Source: Hyphomicrobiales bacterium
GTDB taxonomy: Bacteria > Pseudomonadota > Alphaproteobacteria > Rhizobiales > Xanthobacteraceae
Assembly: GCA_027307405.1 (NCBI GenBank)
Contig: DAHUXA010000002.1
Coordinates: 1-52,390, forward strand
Length of the DNA: 52,390 nucleotides
Direction: 5' to 3'
The number at the start of each line of letters is the position of its first letter. The first letter of the stretch is position 1. Below the pieces are notes generated by a model. It was not told where the DNA came from and ran no database searches. It saw only the letters and a program-made list of their open reading frames with translations. Position numbers and translations under genes: made by a program. Positions 19,229 to 28,926 of the stretch are shown one piece after another.

Positions 19229-19260
19229 GGCGCTTGGCTTCCGTAAGCGGCTTGGCTGCT

Positions 19261-19266
19261 TATAAT
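19261..19266 (+). promoter_or_regulatory. Candidate sigma70 -10 box for the Rieske oxygenase gene
   Basis: Exact TATAAT about 50 nt upstream of ATG 19317 in a GC-rich genome. The -35 element is weak. Confidence 0.35.
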
Positions 19267-19316
19267 GGCCGCCGACACCTGCAAGAAACATAGCAAAGAC
19301 TTGAGGAAACGTCGCC

Positions 19317-20600
19317 ATGATGTCGCGTGAACAAAACGATCAGCTAAGCCGCGTCGGCCCCGGTACGTTTATGGGCAAATTATTGCGACGCTACTGGGCG
19401 CCATTTCTGCTGACGTCCGAAATTCCGGAACCCGATTGCCCGCCGGTGCGGGTGAAGCTGATGGGCGAAAGCCTGATCTGCTTTCGCGACAGCAAGGGCC
19501 GCATTGGACTGATCGACGAATTCTGCGCCCATCGCGGCGTGTCGCTCTGGTTTGGTCAGAACGAGGAATGCGGTTTGCGTTGCCCCTATCACGGCTGGAA
19601 ATACGACGTGACCGGGCAATGCGTCGATCTTCCGTCCGAACCCGAAGAGAGCGGCTTTCGGAGGAACATCAAGCTGAAATCCTATCCGTGCATTGAAAAG
19701 GCCGGGATCATTTGGGCCTACCTGGGACCGTCGGCCTTGCAGCCGCCACCGCCGGCACTGGAATGGACCGAGGTTGAACCACCGCAGCGTTTCGTCTCCA
19801 AGCGTTTGCAGGAATGCAATTACCTGCAAGCGATGGAAGGCGGCATTGATTCCAGCCATGTGTCGTGGCTGCACGGCAGCGAGCTCAACAAGGATCCCCT
19901 GTTCAAAGGCTCGAAGGGGAATGTCTACAACGAGCAGGACCGCATGCCGTTGTTCGAGGTAGAGGAATTTCCCGGCGGCCTGCTGATCGGGGCGCGGCGC
20001 AATGCCGACGACGGCAAGTATTACTGGCGTATCACGCCCTGGATCATGCCCTGGTATTCGATCATCCCGCCGCGCGCGGGCCATCCATTGGGCGCGCACG
20101 CCTGGGTGCCGATTGATGATGAGACGTGCTGGGCCTGGAGCATCAACTATCACCCCAAACGCGCGTTGACGAAATCGGAGGTCTCGGCGATGCAGGATGG
20201 CGAAGGCATCCACGTCAAATACGTGCCCGGGACCTTCGTTCCGCTTGCCAACAAGTCGAACAATTATCTGCTGGATCGGGAATCGCAGCGCCACGGCCAT
20301 TCGTCCACTGGCGTCGACGGCATCGCCATGCAGGACGCTTCCATCCAGGAGAGCATGGGTCCGATCCAGGATCGTACCAAGGAGCACCTGTGCGCGACCG
20401 ACAGCGGCATCGTCATGACGCGCAAAATATTGCTGCGCGCGGCGAAGTCGGCTGCCGAAGGTGGGGCGGTTCCGGCGACCGACCCGCAAGCACAGCGGGT
20501 CCGTTCAGCATCGATCGAGCTCGACAAAGGCATCCCGTTCACGCAGGGCGCCAAGCACGGTCTCTATGCCGCGTTGGGAACGGATCCGCTCTCTGTGTGA
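19317..20600 (+). CDS. Rieske non-heme iron oxygenase, phthalate-dioxygenase/LigXa-like
   Basis: RVGPGT.MG.LLRRYW, CAH-x16-CPYHGW Rieske motif, EGGIDSSH..LH mononuclear Fe site, QD..IQESMGPI.DR.KEHL. Confidence 0.9.
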   Translation: MMSREQNDQLSRVGPGTFMGKLLRRYWAPFLLTSEIPEPDCPPVRVKLMGESLICFRDSKGRIGLIDEFCAHRGVSLWFGQNEECGLRCPYHGWKYDVTGQCVDLPSEPEESGFRRNIKLKSYPCIEKAGIIWAYLGPSALQPPPPALEWTEVEPPQRFVSKRLQECNYLQAMEGGIDSSHVSWLHGSELNKDPLFKGSKGNVYNEQDRMPLFEVEEFPGGLLIGARRNADDGKYYWRITPWIMPWYSIIPPRAGHPLGAHAWVPIDDETCWAWSINYHPKRALTKSEVSAMQDGEGIHVKYVPGTFVPLANKSNNYLLDRESQRHGHSSTGVDGIAMQDASIQESMGPIQDRTKEHLCATDSGIVMTRKILLRAAKSAAEGGAVPATDPQAQRVRSASIELDKGIPFTQGAKHGLYAALGTDPLSV

Positions 20601-20608
20601 AACTGCTC

Positions 20609-20690
20609 TGTCATTGCCGCTTGACCCGGCAATCCATCAGGCAGCTCCGCTATGAGGGCAGTAAAGCGCGGGTCAAGTCCGCGCATGACA
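20609..20690. repeat. REP-like palindromic doublet, copy 2 (reverse orientation)
   Basis: gtcattgccg--cttgacccggcaatcc ... gcgcgggtcaagtccgcgcatgac is the reverse complement of copy 1 with a 2-nt deletion and one substitution. Lies between convergent genes. Confidence 0.78.
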
Positions 20691-20716
20691 GTTGAGAGGG
20701 CGGAAGTTAAGACTAG

Positions 20717-21835
20717 CTACTCTGCCGCGGTCTTGGCCGGCTTGCCGATCGCCGCGTTAACACGCGGCATGACTTCTTCAGCCATCAGCTGCATCGAGCG
20801 CTTGGCAAGCGCTGGATCGGCCCAGTCCATGCCGGCATAGACCAATTCGCCAAAATCGCCGGTTTCTTCGCGCAGCTTGAGGATTTCGTCGACGACTTTG
20901 TTGACGGTGCCGAACGTCACGCAATTGTCCATGACGTAGTCGTCGGTGATCTCCTCGTCCGGCTGCTCCTTGTGACTCTTGAACACATAGAGCCGATTGC
21001 CACGTTTCATTTTGGCGCGCATCTGCTCGAAGTAGAACCGATATGGACTCTTGGCATCGCGGTGTCCATAACGCGCCGCCACCTTGTCATCGTCGGCGAC
21101 GAAAATGGTGCGCGCCACGCGCCAGTCGGCGATATTGGCTTTAGCCCCGGCCTCCGCCTTGCCTTTGGCGTAGTTGGTCCAGTGCGACTTGAGATGTTTT
21201 GCGAGCAAGAAGTTTGCCGAAAGCGGATGGAAGTCGCGCTTGCCCATCAGCACCACGCCCGGAGAAAATGGTGCCACAACGGTGCCGACGATTTCCGGCC
21301 GCGGTTTCTGAAAAGGCTTGGCGAGGATTCCGACGCCGAGCTCAAGTGCAGCAGTATGTGCGAAGCTGACTTTGAAGCGGTTGTCGGGGAAATCGATGTC
21401 GTAAGGCGGATTGCGTTCCCAAACCGCCAGGATCACGTCGATCGCTTCGGCGAAAATCTTGTTGCGGTCGAGATCGAGGATACCGATCGCCTCCGAATCG
21501 GAGGTGAGCGCGCCGGCGCTGATGCCCATCACGAAGCGTCCCTGCGACAGATGGTCGAACATCGCAGCATTGACCGCGATCACCACCGGATGAATCTGCG
21601 CCAGGTTCGTGGTGCCGGTGGCGAGCTTGATGGTCCTTGTGTCGTGGATCAGCGTCGCCAGGAACAACATGCTGTTGGTGACGTTCTCGCAGGCGTCGGT
21701 CAGATGCTCGCCCATGAAGGCGTCATAGAAGCCGAGCTTGTCGGCGAGGATGATTGCCTCGCGATCCTCGCGCAGCGACTGCCGCCAGTCCTTGTCCAGC
21801 GGGTGGATCGGCATGGTGAAGTAGCCCAACCGCAT
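20717..21835 (-). CDS. Luciferase-like (LLM class) flavin-dependent monooxygenase
   Basis: MRLGYFTMPIHP, ADKLGF..AFMGEH, IKLATG, FDHLSQGRFVMG, SMQLMAEEVMP. Confidence 0.88.
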   Translation of the reverse strand: MRLGYFTMPIHPLDKDWRQSLREDREAIILADKLGFYDAFMGEHLTDACENVTNSMLFLATLIHDTRTIKLATGTTNLAQIHPVVIAVNAAMFDHLSQGRFVMGISAGALTSDSEAIGILDLDRNKIFAEAIDVILAVWERNPPYDIDFPDNRFKVSFAHTAALELGVGILAKPFQKPRPEIVGTVVAPFSPGVVLMGKRDFHPLSANFLLAKHLKSHWTNYAKGKAEAGAKANIADWRVARTIFVADDDKVAARYGHRDAKSPYRFYFEQMRAKMKRGNRLYVFKSHKEQPDEEITDDYVMDNCVTFGTVNKVVDEILKLREETGDFGELVYAGMDWADPALAKRSMQLMAEEVMPRVNAAIGKPAKTAAE

Positions 21836-22102
21836 TAGACGTCTCCGCCTCGGATTCTTCTTCGCTCCGGCAAACTAACCGACCCGGCGCGCCGATGCAG
21901 CAAATCTTCCGTCCGGAAACGACGCATGGGCGTCGCGAAGCCATTGTTTTCATGATATTAAACTTGACCTTCATGCCGCGTCCGGCCACGGAGGCCAGCG
22001 GCCCAATCGATGTTTCCACAGGCTGTTTTTGCCGGATTTCGCAACCATCCGCCGAGCGACTAGGTTGCCCCCATAAGCTGCTTGTCGGCCACGAGGTTTG
22101 CC

Positions 22103-22747
22103 ATGATGCGCTGGTTCCATGCCTTGATGCCGAAGGAGGAGCGCTTCTTCGAGCTGTTCGCTCGCCATTCCGATGCCGTGTTGGCCGGCGCCAAGGCTCT
22201 TCGCGCCATGCTTGAAGGTGGCGTCGCGGTCAAATCGAATTACCAGATCGTGATGGACCGGGAGCATGATGCCGACGATGTCACGCGCGAAGTGCTGATC
22301 GCGGTGCGCCGCACCTTCATCACTCCATTCGATCGCGGCAATATCCGAGACCTGATCACCTCGATGGATAACAGCATCGACCAGATGCAGAAGACGGCCA
22401 AGGGCATCATACTGTTCGACGTGACCGAATTCACGCCGCAAATGAAAGAAATGGCCGATGCGGTTGTGAAATGCGCGGAGCTTGCCAAGGAAGCTGTGCC
22501 GCTGCTGCGTTCGATCAGTTCCGAGGCGGTGCACATCAGCGACTTGACCGCGCAAATGTCTGCGCTCGAAGGCCGCGCCGACGAGCTGCACGATGTCGGT
22601 CTGCGGGAGCTCTATCTGTCGAAATCCAAAACGGATCCGATGGCGTTTTTCGTCGGCAATGAGGTCTACGATCATCTCGAAAAAGTCGTCGACCGCTTCG
22701 ACGACGTAGCCAATGTCATGCACGGCATCGTGATCGAGCACGTGTAA
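22103..22747 (+). CDS. DUF47 (PhoU-like) Pit-associated protein
   Basis: LMPKEERFFELF, EHDADDVTREV, TFITPFDRGNI, LEGRADELH. Directly upstream of pit. Confidence 0.88.
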   Translation: MMRWFHALMPKEERFFELFARHSDAVLAGAKALRAMLEGGVAVKSNYQIVMDREHDADDVTREVLIAVRRTFITPFDRGNIRDLITSMDNSIDQMQKTAKGIILFDVTEFTPQMKEMADAVVKCAELAKEAVPLLRSISSEAVHISDLTAQMSALEGRADELHDVGLRELYLSKSKTDPMAFFVGNEVYDHLEKVVDRFDDVANVMHGIVIEHV

Positions 22748-22769
22748 TTCGTTTCGGGGCTGGACGACG

Positions 22770-23777
22770 ATGGACGCTGCCGCGCTGACTTTGCCGTTTC
22801 TCTTCGGCCTGATCGTTGTCGCGCTGGCGTTCGACTTTCTCAATGGCATGAACGATGCCGCGAACTCGATCGCGACCATCGTCTCGACCCGTGTGCTGCG
22901 CCCGCATTATGCGGTGGCCTGGGCGGCATTTTTTAACTTCGTCGCCTTCCTGTTCTTCGGCCTGCATGTCGCCGAAACCGTCGGCCGCGGTATCGTGGAG
23001 GCGGATGTCGTCAATGAGCATGTCATCTTCGGTGCACTCGCCGGCGCCATCGTCTGGCAAATTCTCACCCAGCGGCTCGGCATTCCGTCGTCAAGCTCGC
23101 ACGCACTAATAGGCGGGCTAGTAGGCGCCGGGATCGCAAAAGCGGGCGTGGAGGCCGTCGTGTGGTCTGGCGTGGTCAAAACGACCGCCGCTATTTTCCT
23201 GTCGCCTGGCCTGGGCTGTCTGCTCGCGTTGTTTCTGATGCTGTTTGTGTCCTGGGCGTTCATCAGGTCGACGCCGTACGGCATCGATCATATTTTCCGC
23301 CGCGTGCAATTCGTGTCGGCGTCTTTTTACGCACTCGGCCATGGCGGCAATGATGCGCAAAAGACGATGGGAATCATCGCCGTGCTGCTCTATTCGCAAG
23401 GGCATCTCGGCAGCCAGTTCTACGTTCCGTTCTGGGTCGTCATTGCCTGTCAGATCGCGATGGCGGCAGGCACACTGGCCGGCGGCTGGCGGATCGTGCG
23501 CACCATGGGATCGCGCATCACGCGTCTGACGCCGATGCAGGGCGTATGCGCGGAAACCGCCGGCTCCGTGATGCTGTTTGCGGCAACCAGCCTCGGAATT
23601 CCGGTATCCACGACGCATACCATCACCGGTTCAATCATCGGTGTCGGTGCAGCGAAGAAGGTGTCCGCAGTGCGCTGGGTCGTTGCGCGCGAAATCATGA
23701 CCGCCTGGATCATCACGATTCCAGCAGCCGGCTTGCTGGCCGCGCTCTTCTATTGGCTGTCGGGTTTGGTTGGCTAG
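22770..23777 (+). CDS. pit: Inorganic phosphate transporter, PiT family
   Basis: NGMNDAANSIAT, GIPSSSSHALIGG, HGGNDAQKTMG, PVSTTHTITGSIIGVG. Confidence 0.92.
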   Translation: MDAAALTLPFLFGLIVVALAFDFLNGMNDAANSIATIVSTRVLRPHYAVAWAAFFNFVAFLFFGLHVAETVGRGIVEADVVNEHVIFGALAGAIVWQILTQRLGIPSSSSHALIGGLVGAGIAKAGVEAVVWSGVVKTTAAIFLSPGLGCLLALFLMLFVSWAFIRSTPYGIDHIFRRVQFVSASFYALGHGGNDAQKTMGIIAVLLYSQGHLGSQFYVPFWVVIACQIAMAAGTLAGGWRIVRTMGSRITRLTPMQGVCAETAGSVMLFAATSLGIPVSTTHTITGSIIGVGAAKKVSAVRWVVAREIMTAWIITIPAAGLLAALFYWLSGLVG

Positions 23778-23788
23778 GTGCGAGGCGA

Positions 23789-25258
23789 TCAGGCCGCAAC
23801 GCGGGAGAGGAAGCCTTCGACTTCCTGACGCAGTTCGGCGGCGGCGGCTTCCACTGCCTGCGAGGCCGTGAGAACGCTTTCAGCCGATTCCCGAGTCTGC
23901 GCTGCGGCGCCGGATACTTCGTCCAGCACCGACACCACGACCTTGGCCCCATCGGATGCGCTTGCGACGTTCTGCGAAATCTCGCCGGTGGCGGCACTTT
24001 GCTCTTCGACCGCGGCGGAAACGGCAGTGGCGCAACTGTCGATTTCCTGCATACGGCCGGAGATGCGGCCGATGGCCGACACCGCGCTCGAAGTCGCTGC
24101 CTGCACGGCCATGATCAGCCTGGAGATATCTTCGGTGGCCTTGGCGGTCTGTACGGCCAACGATTTGACTTCGGAAGCGACCACGGCGAAGCCCTTGCCG
24201 GCTTCGCCGGCGCGTGCTGCTTCGATTGTGGCATTGAGCGCCAGCAGGTTGGTCTGCCCGGCGATGGCGCGGATGAGCTTAATGACATCGCCGATCTTCT
24301 GTGCGGCTTGCGCCAATGCGGTGATTTGATGATTGGTGCCCTGCGCCTCGCTGACCGCCCCGCGCACAATTTCGGTGGTCTTGGCGAGCTGGCGCCCGAT
24401 TTCGTTGATGGAGCCGGCCAGTTCATCGGCGGCAACCGCGGCGGTTTCTACATTGGCAGAAGCTTCGTTCGAGGCCGATACCGCGCCGTCGGCGCTCTGG
24501 AATGTCTGGCCGGAATTGCTGAATAGCGTCGTTGCGGTGGAGCGCATCGCCATGGCGCCTTCAGTCACGGTCTTCAAGTGATCTTCGACACGGCGGCGGA
24601 AGGCAGCGATCGCCTGGTCGATCGCAGCGCGCCGCTGTTGCTGCTCCTGCATCGAGATGCGTTGGCGCTCCGCGTCGCGCCGCTCGGTGATGTCTTCATG
24701 CGTCGCCACCCAGCCGCCACCGGCCATCGGCCGGTTGGTGACGGAAATCAAGCGGCCATCCTTCGACTTCACTTCTGTACTCCTCGTATCGCCGGCCGCC
24801 ATGGTACCGACGAGCTCGCGCCGGTATTCAACTGGTTCGCGCGAAAAGCTGCCGTTGCGGATGCGATATTCGAGCAGGCTCTGCAGCGTGCACCCTGGCT
24901 TAACGATGTCGGCATGGAGATTGTACATCTCCATGTAGCGCTGGTTACAAACCACCAGGCGCTCATTGCCGTCGAACATGCACAGGCCCTGCGACATGTT
25001 GTTGATCGCGACCCGCATGCGCAGATTGTCCACACGCAGCTTTCGGGTGTGGAATGCCGTAGCGATCGCCATGGCCAACATGGCGATGAGGGCGGCGAAG
25101 AACAGGGAGACCATGAGCTCGGGAGCGGACGCCACCCAGACGCTGACCGGCAAGACGAAATGGAGTAACGCAAAGCTGACCGCAAAGCTGACGACGCCGG
25201 TCAACATGACCATACGCCAATCGCGCGCTGATGCGTGTGCGGACGTAGTCTCGGCCAT
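23789..25258 (-). CDS. Methyl-accepting chemotaxis protein with two N-terminal TMs and a PAS domain
   Basis: [29 protein letters not shown] (PAS); [34 protein letters not shown] signalling tip. Confidence 0.92.
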   Translation of the reverse strand: MAETTSAHASARDWRMVMLTGVVSFAVSFALLHFVLPVSVWVASAPELMVSLFFAALIAMLAMAIATAFHTRKLRVDNLRMRVAINNMSQGLCMFDGNERLVVCNQRYMEMYNLHADIVKPGCTLQSLLEYRIRNGSFSREPVEYRRELVGTMAAGDTRSTEVKSKDGRLISVTNRPMAGGGWVATHEDITERRDAERQRISMQEQQQRRAAIDQAIAAFRRRVEDHLKTVTEGAMAMRSTATTLFSNSGQTFQSADGAVSASNEASANVETAAVAADELAGSINEIGRQLAKTTEIVRGAVSEAQGTNHQITALAQAAQKIGDVIKLIRAIAGQTNLLALNATIEAARAGEAGKGFAVVASEVKSLAVQTAKATEDISRLIMAVQAATSSAVSAIGRISGRMQEIDSCATAVSAAVEEQSAATGEISQNVASASDGAKVVVSVLDEVSGAAAQTRESAESVLTASQAVEAAAAELRQEVEGFLSRVAA

Positions 25259-25329
25259 GTTCGCGCCCAGGTAGGTGCGGACGGTATTCCCCAACCGGTT
25301 TTTTTGCAGTTAATTGCCGGGGATAGCAG

Positions 25330-25345
25330 GTTAAGCAAAACTTAA
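25330..25345 (-). promoter_or_regulatory. CtrA binding site
   Basis: Minus strand reads TTAA-GTTTTGC-TTAAC, a perfect TTAA-N7-TTAAC, about 70 nt upstream of the MCP start. Confidence 0.75.
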
Positions 25346-25368
25346 TGGGCGGTGCTGGAGGACGAGCG

Positions 25369-25893
25369 ATGGCCAAGTTGCGTGCTGAAGAATGCCGTGA
25401 ATTCATCAAAGCGGTGGTGGAAAAGGCCGAAGCGATGGGCGTGCCGGTTTCAATTGCGGTGGTCGGGGCTGAAGGCCATCTGATCGCCGTGGAGCGTATG
25501 GATGACGCCGGCTTCATCACGCCGGAGACTGCCATTGCAAAGGCGTTCACCGTGGCGGCGTTCCGCTCGATGAGCCCGCGGTTTCCCGACGGGCTCGTCA
25601 TCCAGCAATGGTTCAAGGAGCGCAATCCGCAATTGCTGGTCAGCCTCGCCGCCATGACCAACGGACGCATCGCCGCCAGCGGCGGCTCGGCGCCTGTGTT
25701 CAAGGGCGATGAAATGGTCGGCGCCTACGGGATTTCTGGCGGCACTTCACAGCAGGATGAGGAGATGGCGGTCTATGCGCGGGCCAAGGCCGGCTGGGCT
25801 CACGGCCCTGAGCACGACACCACAGATCCTGACGTGAAGGCGCATATCAACGCGCTCTACGCCGAGGCCGGCATCACCGACCGCAAGCTTTGA
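25369..25893 (+). CDS. GlcG/HbpS family heme-binding protein
   Basis: GGAGG RBS; PVSIAVVG..GHLIAVERMD, A.AKAFT, GG.P..GDEMVGAYGISGGT.QQDEE.A. Confidence 0.82.
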   Translation: MAKLRAEECREFIKAVVEKAEAMGVPVSIAVVGAEGHLIAVERMDDAGFITPETAIAKAFTVAAFRSMSPRFPDGLVIQQWFKERNPQLLVSLAAMTNGRIAASGGSAPVFKGDEMVGAYGISGGTSQQDEEMAVYARAKAGWAHGPEHDTTDPDVKAHINALYAEAGITDRKL

Positions 25894-25932
25894 GTTTCTC
25901 GCGGTCACCACTGCTGCTGCCGTGGGCAGAAG

Positions 25933-26922
25933 CTACTGCGTCACGTCGATCTTCACAGCGGTGGTGATGGTCTGCCAGTGCTTCATTTCACCGTCGAGCC
26001 ACGTCTTTGCATCGGCGAGCGATTTGTTCGGCACGACATTGAAATTCTGCTTGTTGAGCTTTTCGACCCCTTCTGGCGAACTCAGCGCCTTATTGACCGC
26101 CGTGAAGAGCGCTTCCAGCACCGGCTTCGGTGTTGCCGCCGGCGCGAACAAGCCGTTCCAGGCCACAGTACCCACATCGGCATAGCCGACCTCTGCCATC
26201 GTCGGAATGTTTGGATATTCCTTGAGCCGCGCATGATTGACTACCGCCAGTGGGCGGAAGTTTCCCGCCTGAACTTGACCCGCTGTCGACGCGACGTTGA
26301 GGAATGCGGTCTGCACGTCGCCACGGAGCATGTCCTGGATTACGCCGGCGGCGCCATTCTTGTTCGGCAGCCCCACCAGGTCGAGGTCGCCTGCGCGCTT
26401 GGCAAAATAGGCCATGTCATAGTGCGGATAGGAGCCGATACCGACGGTGCCGTAGCGAATCTTTCCCGGATTTTTCTTGGCGTAAGCAATCAGCTCGGGA
26501 ACTGACTTCACAGGGAAGTCGTTCGCTGTCGTGACCATCAGGAAGGCTGGGATGTCGACCAGATTAGTTACCGCCACGACACTCTTGGCATAGTCGGCGC
26601 TCATCTTCTTTGCATAGATGATCGGCGTGATTGCGTTGGTCGAAACGTTGCCGATCATCAGCGTGTAGCCATCGGGCGCCGCCTTGACCATTTCGTCGAT
26701 TGCCAACATGCCGAAGGCGCCAGGCTTGTTGAGCACGACAAAAGGCTGACCGGTGATTTTCTGAAATTCGTCGCCGACAATGCGGGCAACGATATCCGTC
26801 GCGCCGCCCGGCGCGTAGGGCACGATCACCTTGACCGCACGACTCGGATATTTGTCTTGCGCCGCTGCTGTGGCGGCGCTCAAGACGAGGCTAACGAACA
26901 GCGCTGCGATCAAGCGTATCAT
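25933..26922 (-). CDS. Tripartite tricarboxylate transporter substrate-binding protein (Bug/TctC)
   Basis: Signal peptide; YPSRAVKVIVPYAPGGATDIVAR, NKPGA.G, APDGYTL, PNIPTMAE.G, WNGLFAPA.TP. Confidence 0.9.
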   Translation of the reverse strand: MIRLIAALFVSLVLSAATAAAQDKYPSRAVKVIVPYAPGGATDIVARIVGDEFQKITGQPFVVLNKPGAFGMLAIDEMVKAAPDGYTLMIGNVSTNAITPIIYAKKMSADYAKSVVAVTNLVDIPAFLMVTTANDFPVKSVPELIAYAKKNPGKIRYGTVGIGSYPHYDMAYFAKRAGDLDLVGLPNKNGAAGVIQDMLRGDVQTAFLNVASTAGQVQAGNFRPLAVVNHARLKEYPNIPTMAEVGYADVGTVAWNGLFAPAATPKPVLEALFTAVNKALSSPEGVEKLNKQNFNVVPNKSLADAKTWLDGEMKHWQTITTAVKIDVTQ

Positions 26923-26980
26923 GCAATCCTCCCACAGTTGCCGGACGTCGGAAATTCTTACCGTTTCCATTACGCGTAGC

Positions 26981-27382
26981 TTAGTTGGCTTTGATACCGT
27001 GCAAGCTGTGTGACGCGTCCTTGACGGTGAAGAAGACAACATCGCCGGCAGCAGTCGCCTTGCCGGCGTGCACCGTGTTGGCGGGAATGTAGACGACCGA
27101 TCCGGGCGTCACGTCCATTTCCTTCCCGGCGATGTTGGCGTGGAAGGTTCCTTCCAGAATGTAGATCCACTGCTCGTTCGGATGCGAATGCGGCTCAGCG
27201 CCGGTGCCGGCCTTCATGCGCATCAGGCCGACGATCATGCGATCGCCTTCCACGCACGGTCCGTGCGCTGTCGAATAAGCAGGACCGCCCATGATTTTCT
27301 GCACTGTCCCGAGATCGAAGACATATTCGCCCGGAGCGGCGCGTTTGGCGCCTGGCGTACGTGCGGCCGGTTGATTGGACAT
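26981..27382 (-). CDS. Cupin domain protein
   Basis: PHSHPNEQWIYILEG and PGSVVYIPANTVH cupin motifs. Confidence 0.88.
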   Translation of the reverse strand: MSNQPAARTPGAKRAAPGEYVFDLGTVQKIMGGPAYSTAHGPCVEGDRMIVGLMRMKAGTGAEPHSHPNEQWIYILEGTFHANIAGKEMDVTPGSVVYIPANTVHAGKATAAGDVVFFTVKDASHSLHGIKAN

Positions 27383-27544
27383 GGCGTTCTCCTCGCGACG
27401 ACGTTGTTTTGCAAGATGTTAGTTGACGCTGCGTGGGCGCGCCAGTAGAGGCGGGGCTCAGTATTCGCGTTTCGACGCGGCACCACCATTCGGCCAAGGT
27501 CGCTACTAAGCTCTGGCGACCCACGATTCGGAGAACAATCACGA

Positions 27545-28063
27545 ATGATGCCGGTTCGTTTCGCGGTCGTCGTGCTGGCCTTTGTCTGGCTTGGCGGTTG
27601 TGCCGATTCCTATGCGCCCAAGGGGGAGCCGAGTTTCTACCGTAACCTGGCACAGCAGGGAGCGGAACTCGATGCGGCCGCCGCCGCCTCGATGATCTCG
27701 GGGTATCGCGCCAACAACGGGCTGCCCGCGGTTACGCTCGATACTGAGTTGATGCGGCTCGCGCAGGCGCAGGCCGAGATCATGGCCAAGCGCGACAAAC
27801 TCGACCACGGGGCCGGCAAACCCTTCGTGCAACGTCTGAAAGCCTCCGGCTACGATGCCAAAACGGCAGCCGAGAACATCAGCGCCGGCTACCATACACT
27901 GGCTGAGGCATTTTCCGGCTGGCGCGACTCGAGCCCGCACCGGGCCAACATGCTGCTCGCAGGCGCTACCCGCATGGGCATCGCTGCGGTCTACACACCG
28001 GCTTCGAAGTACAAGGTCTATTGGTCATTGATCCTGGCCGAACCGGACGGAAACAAGAGCTAG
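27545..28063 (+). CDS. CAP (SCP-like) domain lipoprotein
   Basis: Lipobox LGGC; YRANNGL, AAENISAGY, W.DSSPHRANML, YW.LILA. Confidence 0.88.
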   Translation: MMPVRFAVVVLAFVWLGGCADSYAPKGEPSFYRNLAQQGAELDAAAAASMISGYRANNGLPAVTLDTELMRLAQAQAEIMAKRDKLDHGAGKPFVQRLKASGYDAKTAAENISAGYHTLAEAFSGWRDSSPHRANMLLAGATRMGIAAVYTPASKYKVYWSLILAEPDGNKS

Positions 28064-28129
28064 CGCAATCGGTTTGCCTGCTGGCTTCACATCAGATTGA
28101 ATTGGGCCGCGAATAAGAAAGGGAGCGCA

Positions 28130-28885
28130 ATGGGCAGCCTCGGCCTTTCGTTGATTGCATTTGCATGCATTTTCGGAGCGACGCTGCTCGGCATGTATCT
28201 TCGCGTCCTATTGCCGGCGGAGCATCTGAGTACAGAATCGAGGGATGCTATCAGGCTCAGTATGGGCGTTATCGGGACCATGGCCGCGCTTGTTCTCGGC
28301 CTCCTGATCGCTTCAGCAAAGGGTACGTATGATGCGAAGAACAACCAGATCAGACAACTGACCGTCGATATTATCGTTCTCGATCAACTTCTCGCTCAAT
28401 ATGGCCCCGAAACTCACGACCTCCGGGATCTTCTGCGCCGCGGCGCCGCTTCATTGGCTGATCGAATATGGAGCGAGCGCGACGTGGCGACGGCCACTAA
28501 AACGGCTTTCGCTATGACGGGTGAAGCAGAGGCTTTCCTTCACAAGGTCGAAGAACTTGCGCCGCAAACCGAGGTCCAGCGTTCGATCCGGGCGCGAGCG
28601 ATCACGACGCTTACGGACCTGGCGCAAACGCGTTTGTCGCTTTATGCGCAACCTGGCAATGCAATTCCTTGGCCGTTCCTGGTGCTGCTGGTGTTCTGGC
28701 TCGCGATCATATTTGCGAGTTTCAGCCTGTTTGTCCCGCCCAATCCGATTGTCGTAGTCTCATTTTTTGTTTGCGCGTTCTCTGCTGCCGGAGCGCTCTT
28801 TCTTATTTTCGAACTCGACGGGCCCTTCACTGGGTTGATGACAATTTCGGATCTACCGCTGCGCCACGCGCTCGGGCCGATTTGA
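28130..28885 (+). CDS. Membrane protein, DUF4239-like
   Basis: Four to five TMs; GVIGTMAALVLGLLIASAK..YD, LIFELDGPFTGLM.IS..PL. Confidence 0.7.
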   Translation: MGSLGLSLIAFACIFGATLLGMYLRVLLPAEHLSTESRDAIRLSMGVIGTMAALVLGLLIASAKGTYDAKNNQIRQLTVDIIVLDQLLAQYGPETHDLRDLLRRGAASLADRIWSERDVATATKTAFAMTGEAEAFLHKVEELAPQTEVQRSIRARAITTLTDLAQTRLSLYAQPGNAIPWPFLVLLVFWLAIIFASFSLFVPPNPIVVVSFFVCAFSAAGALFLIFELDGPFTGLMTISDLPLRHALGPI

Positions 28886-28926
28886 TCCTGCTGGACCTTG
28901 TCCGGTCCGCTGACTAGTTTGGGGCC

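Noticed and set aside
21947-21974. Possible Pho box upstream of DUF47-pit (TTTTCAT...CCTTCAT)
   Set aside because: Half-sites are degenerate and 21 nt apart, not the 11-nt CTGTCAT repeat; too weak to call.
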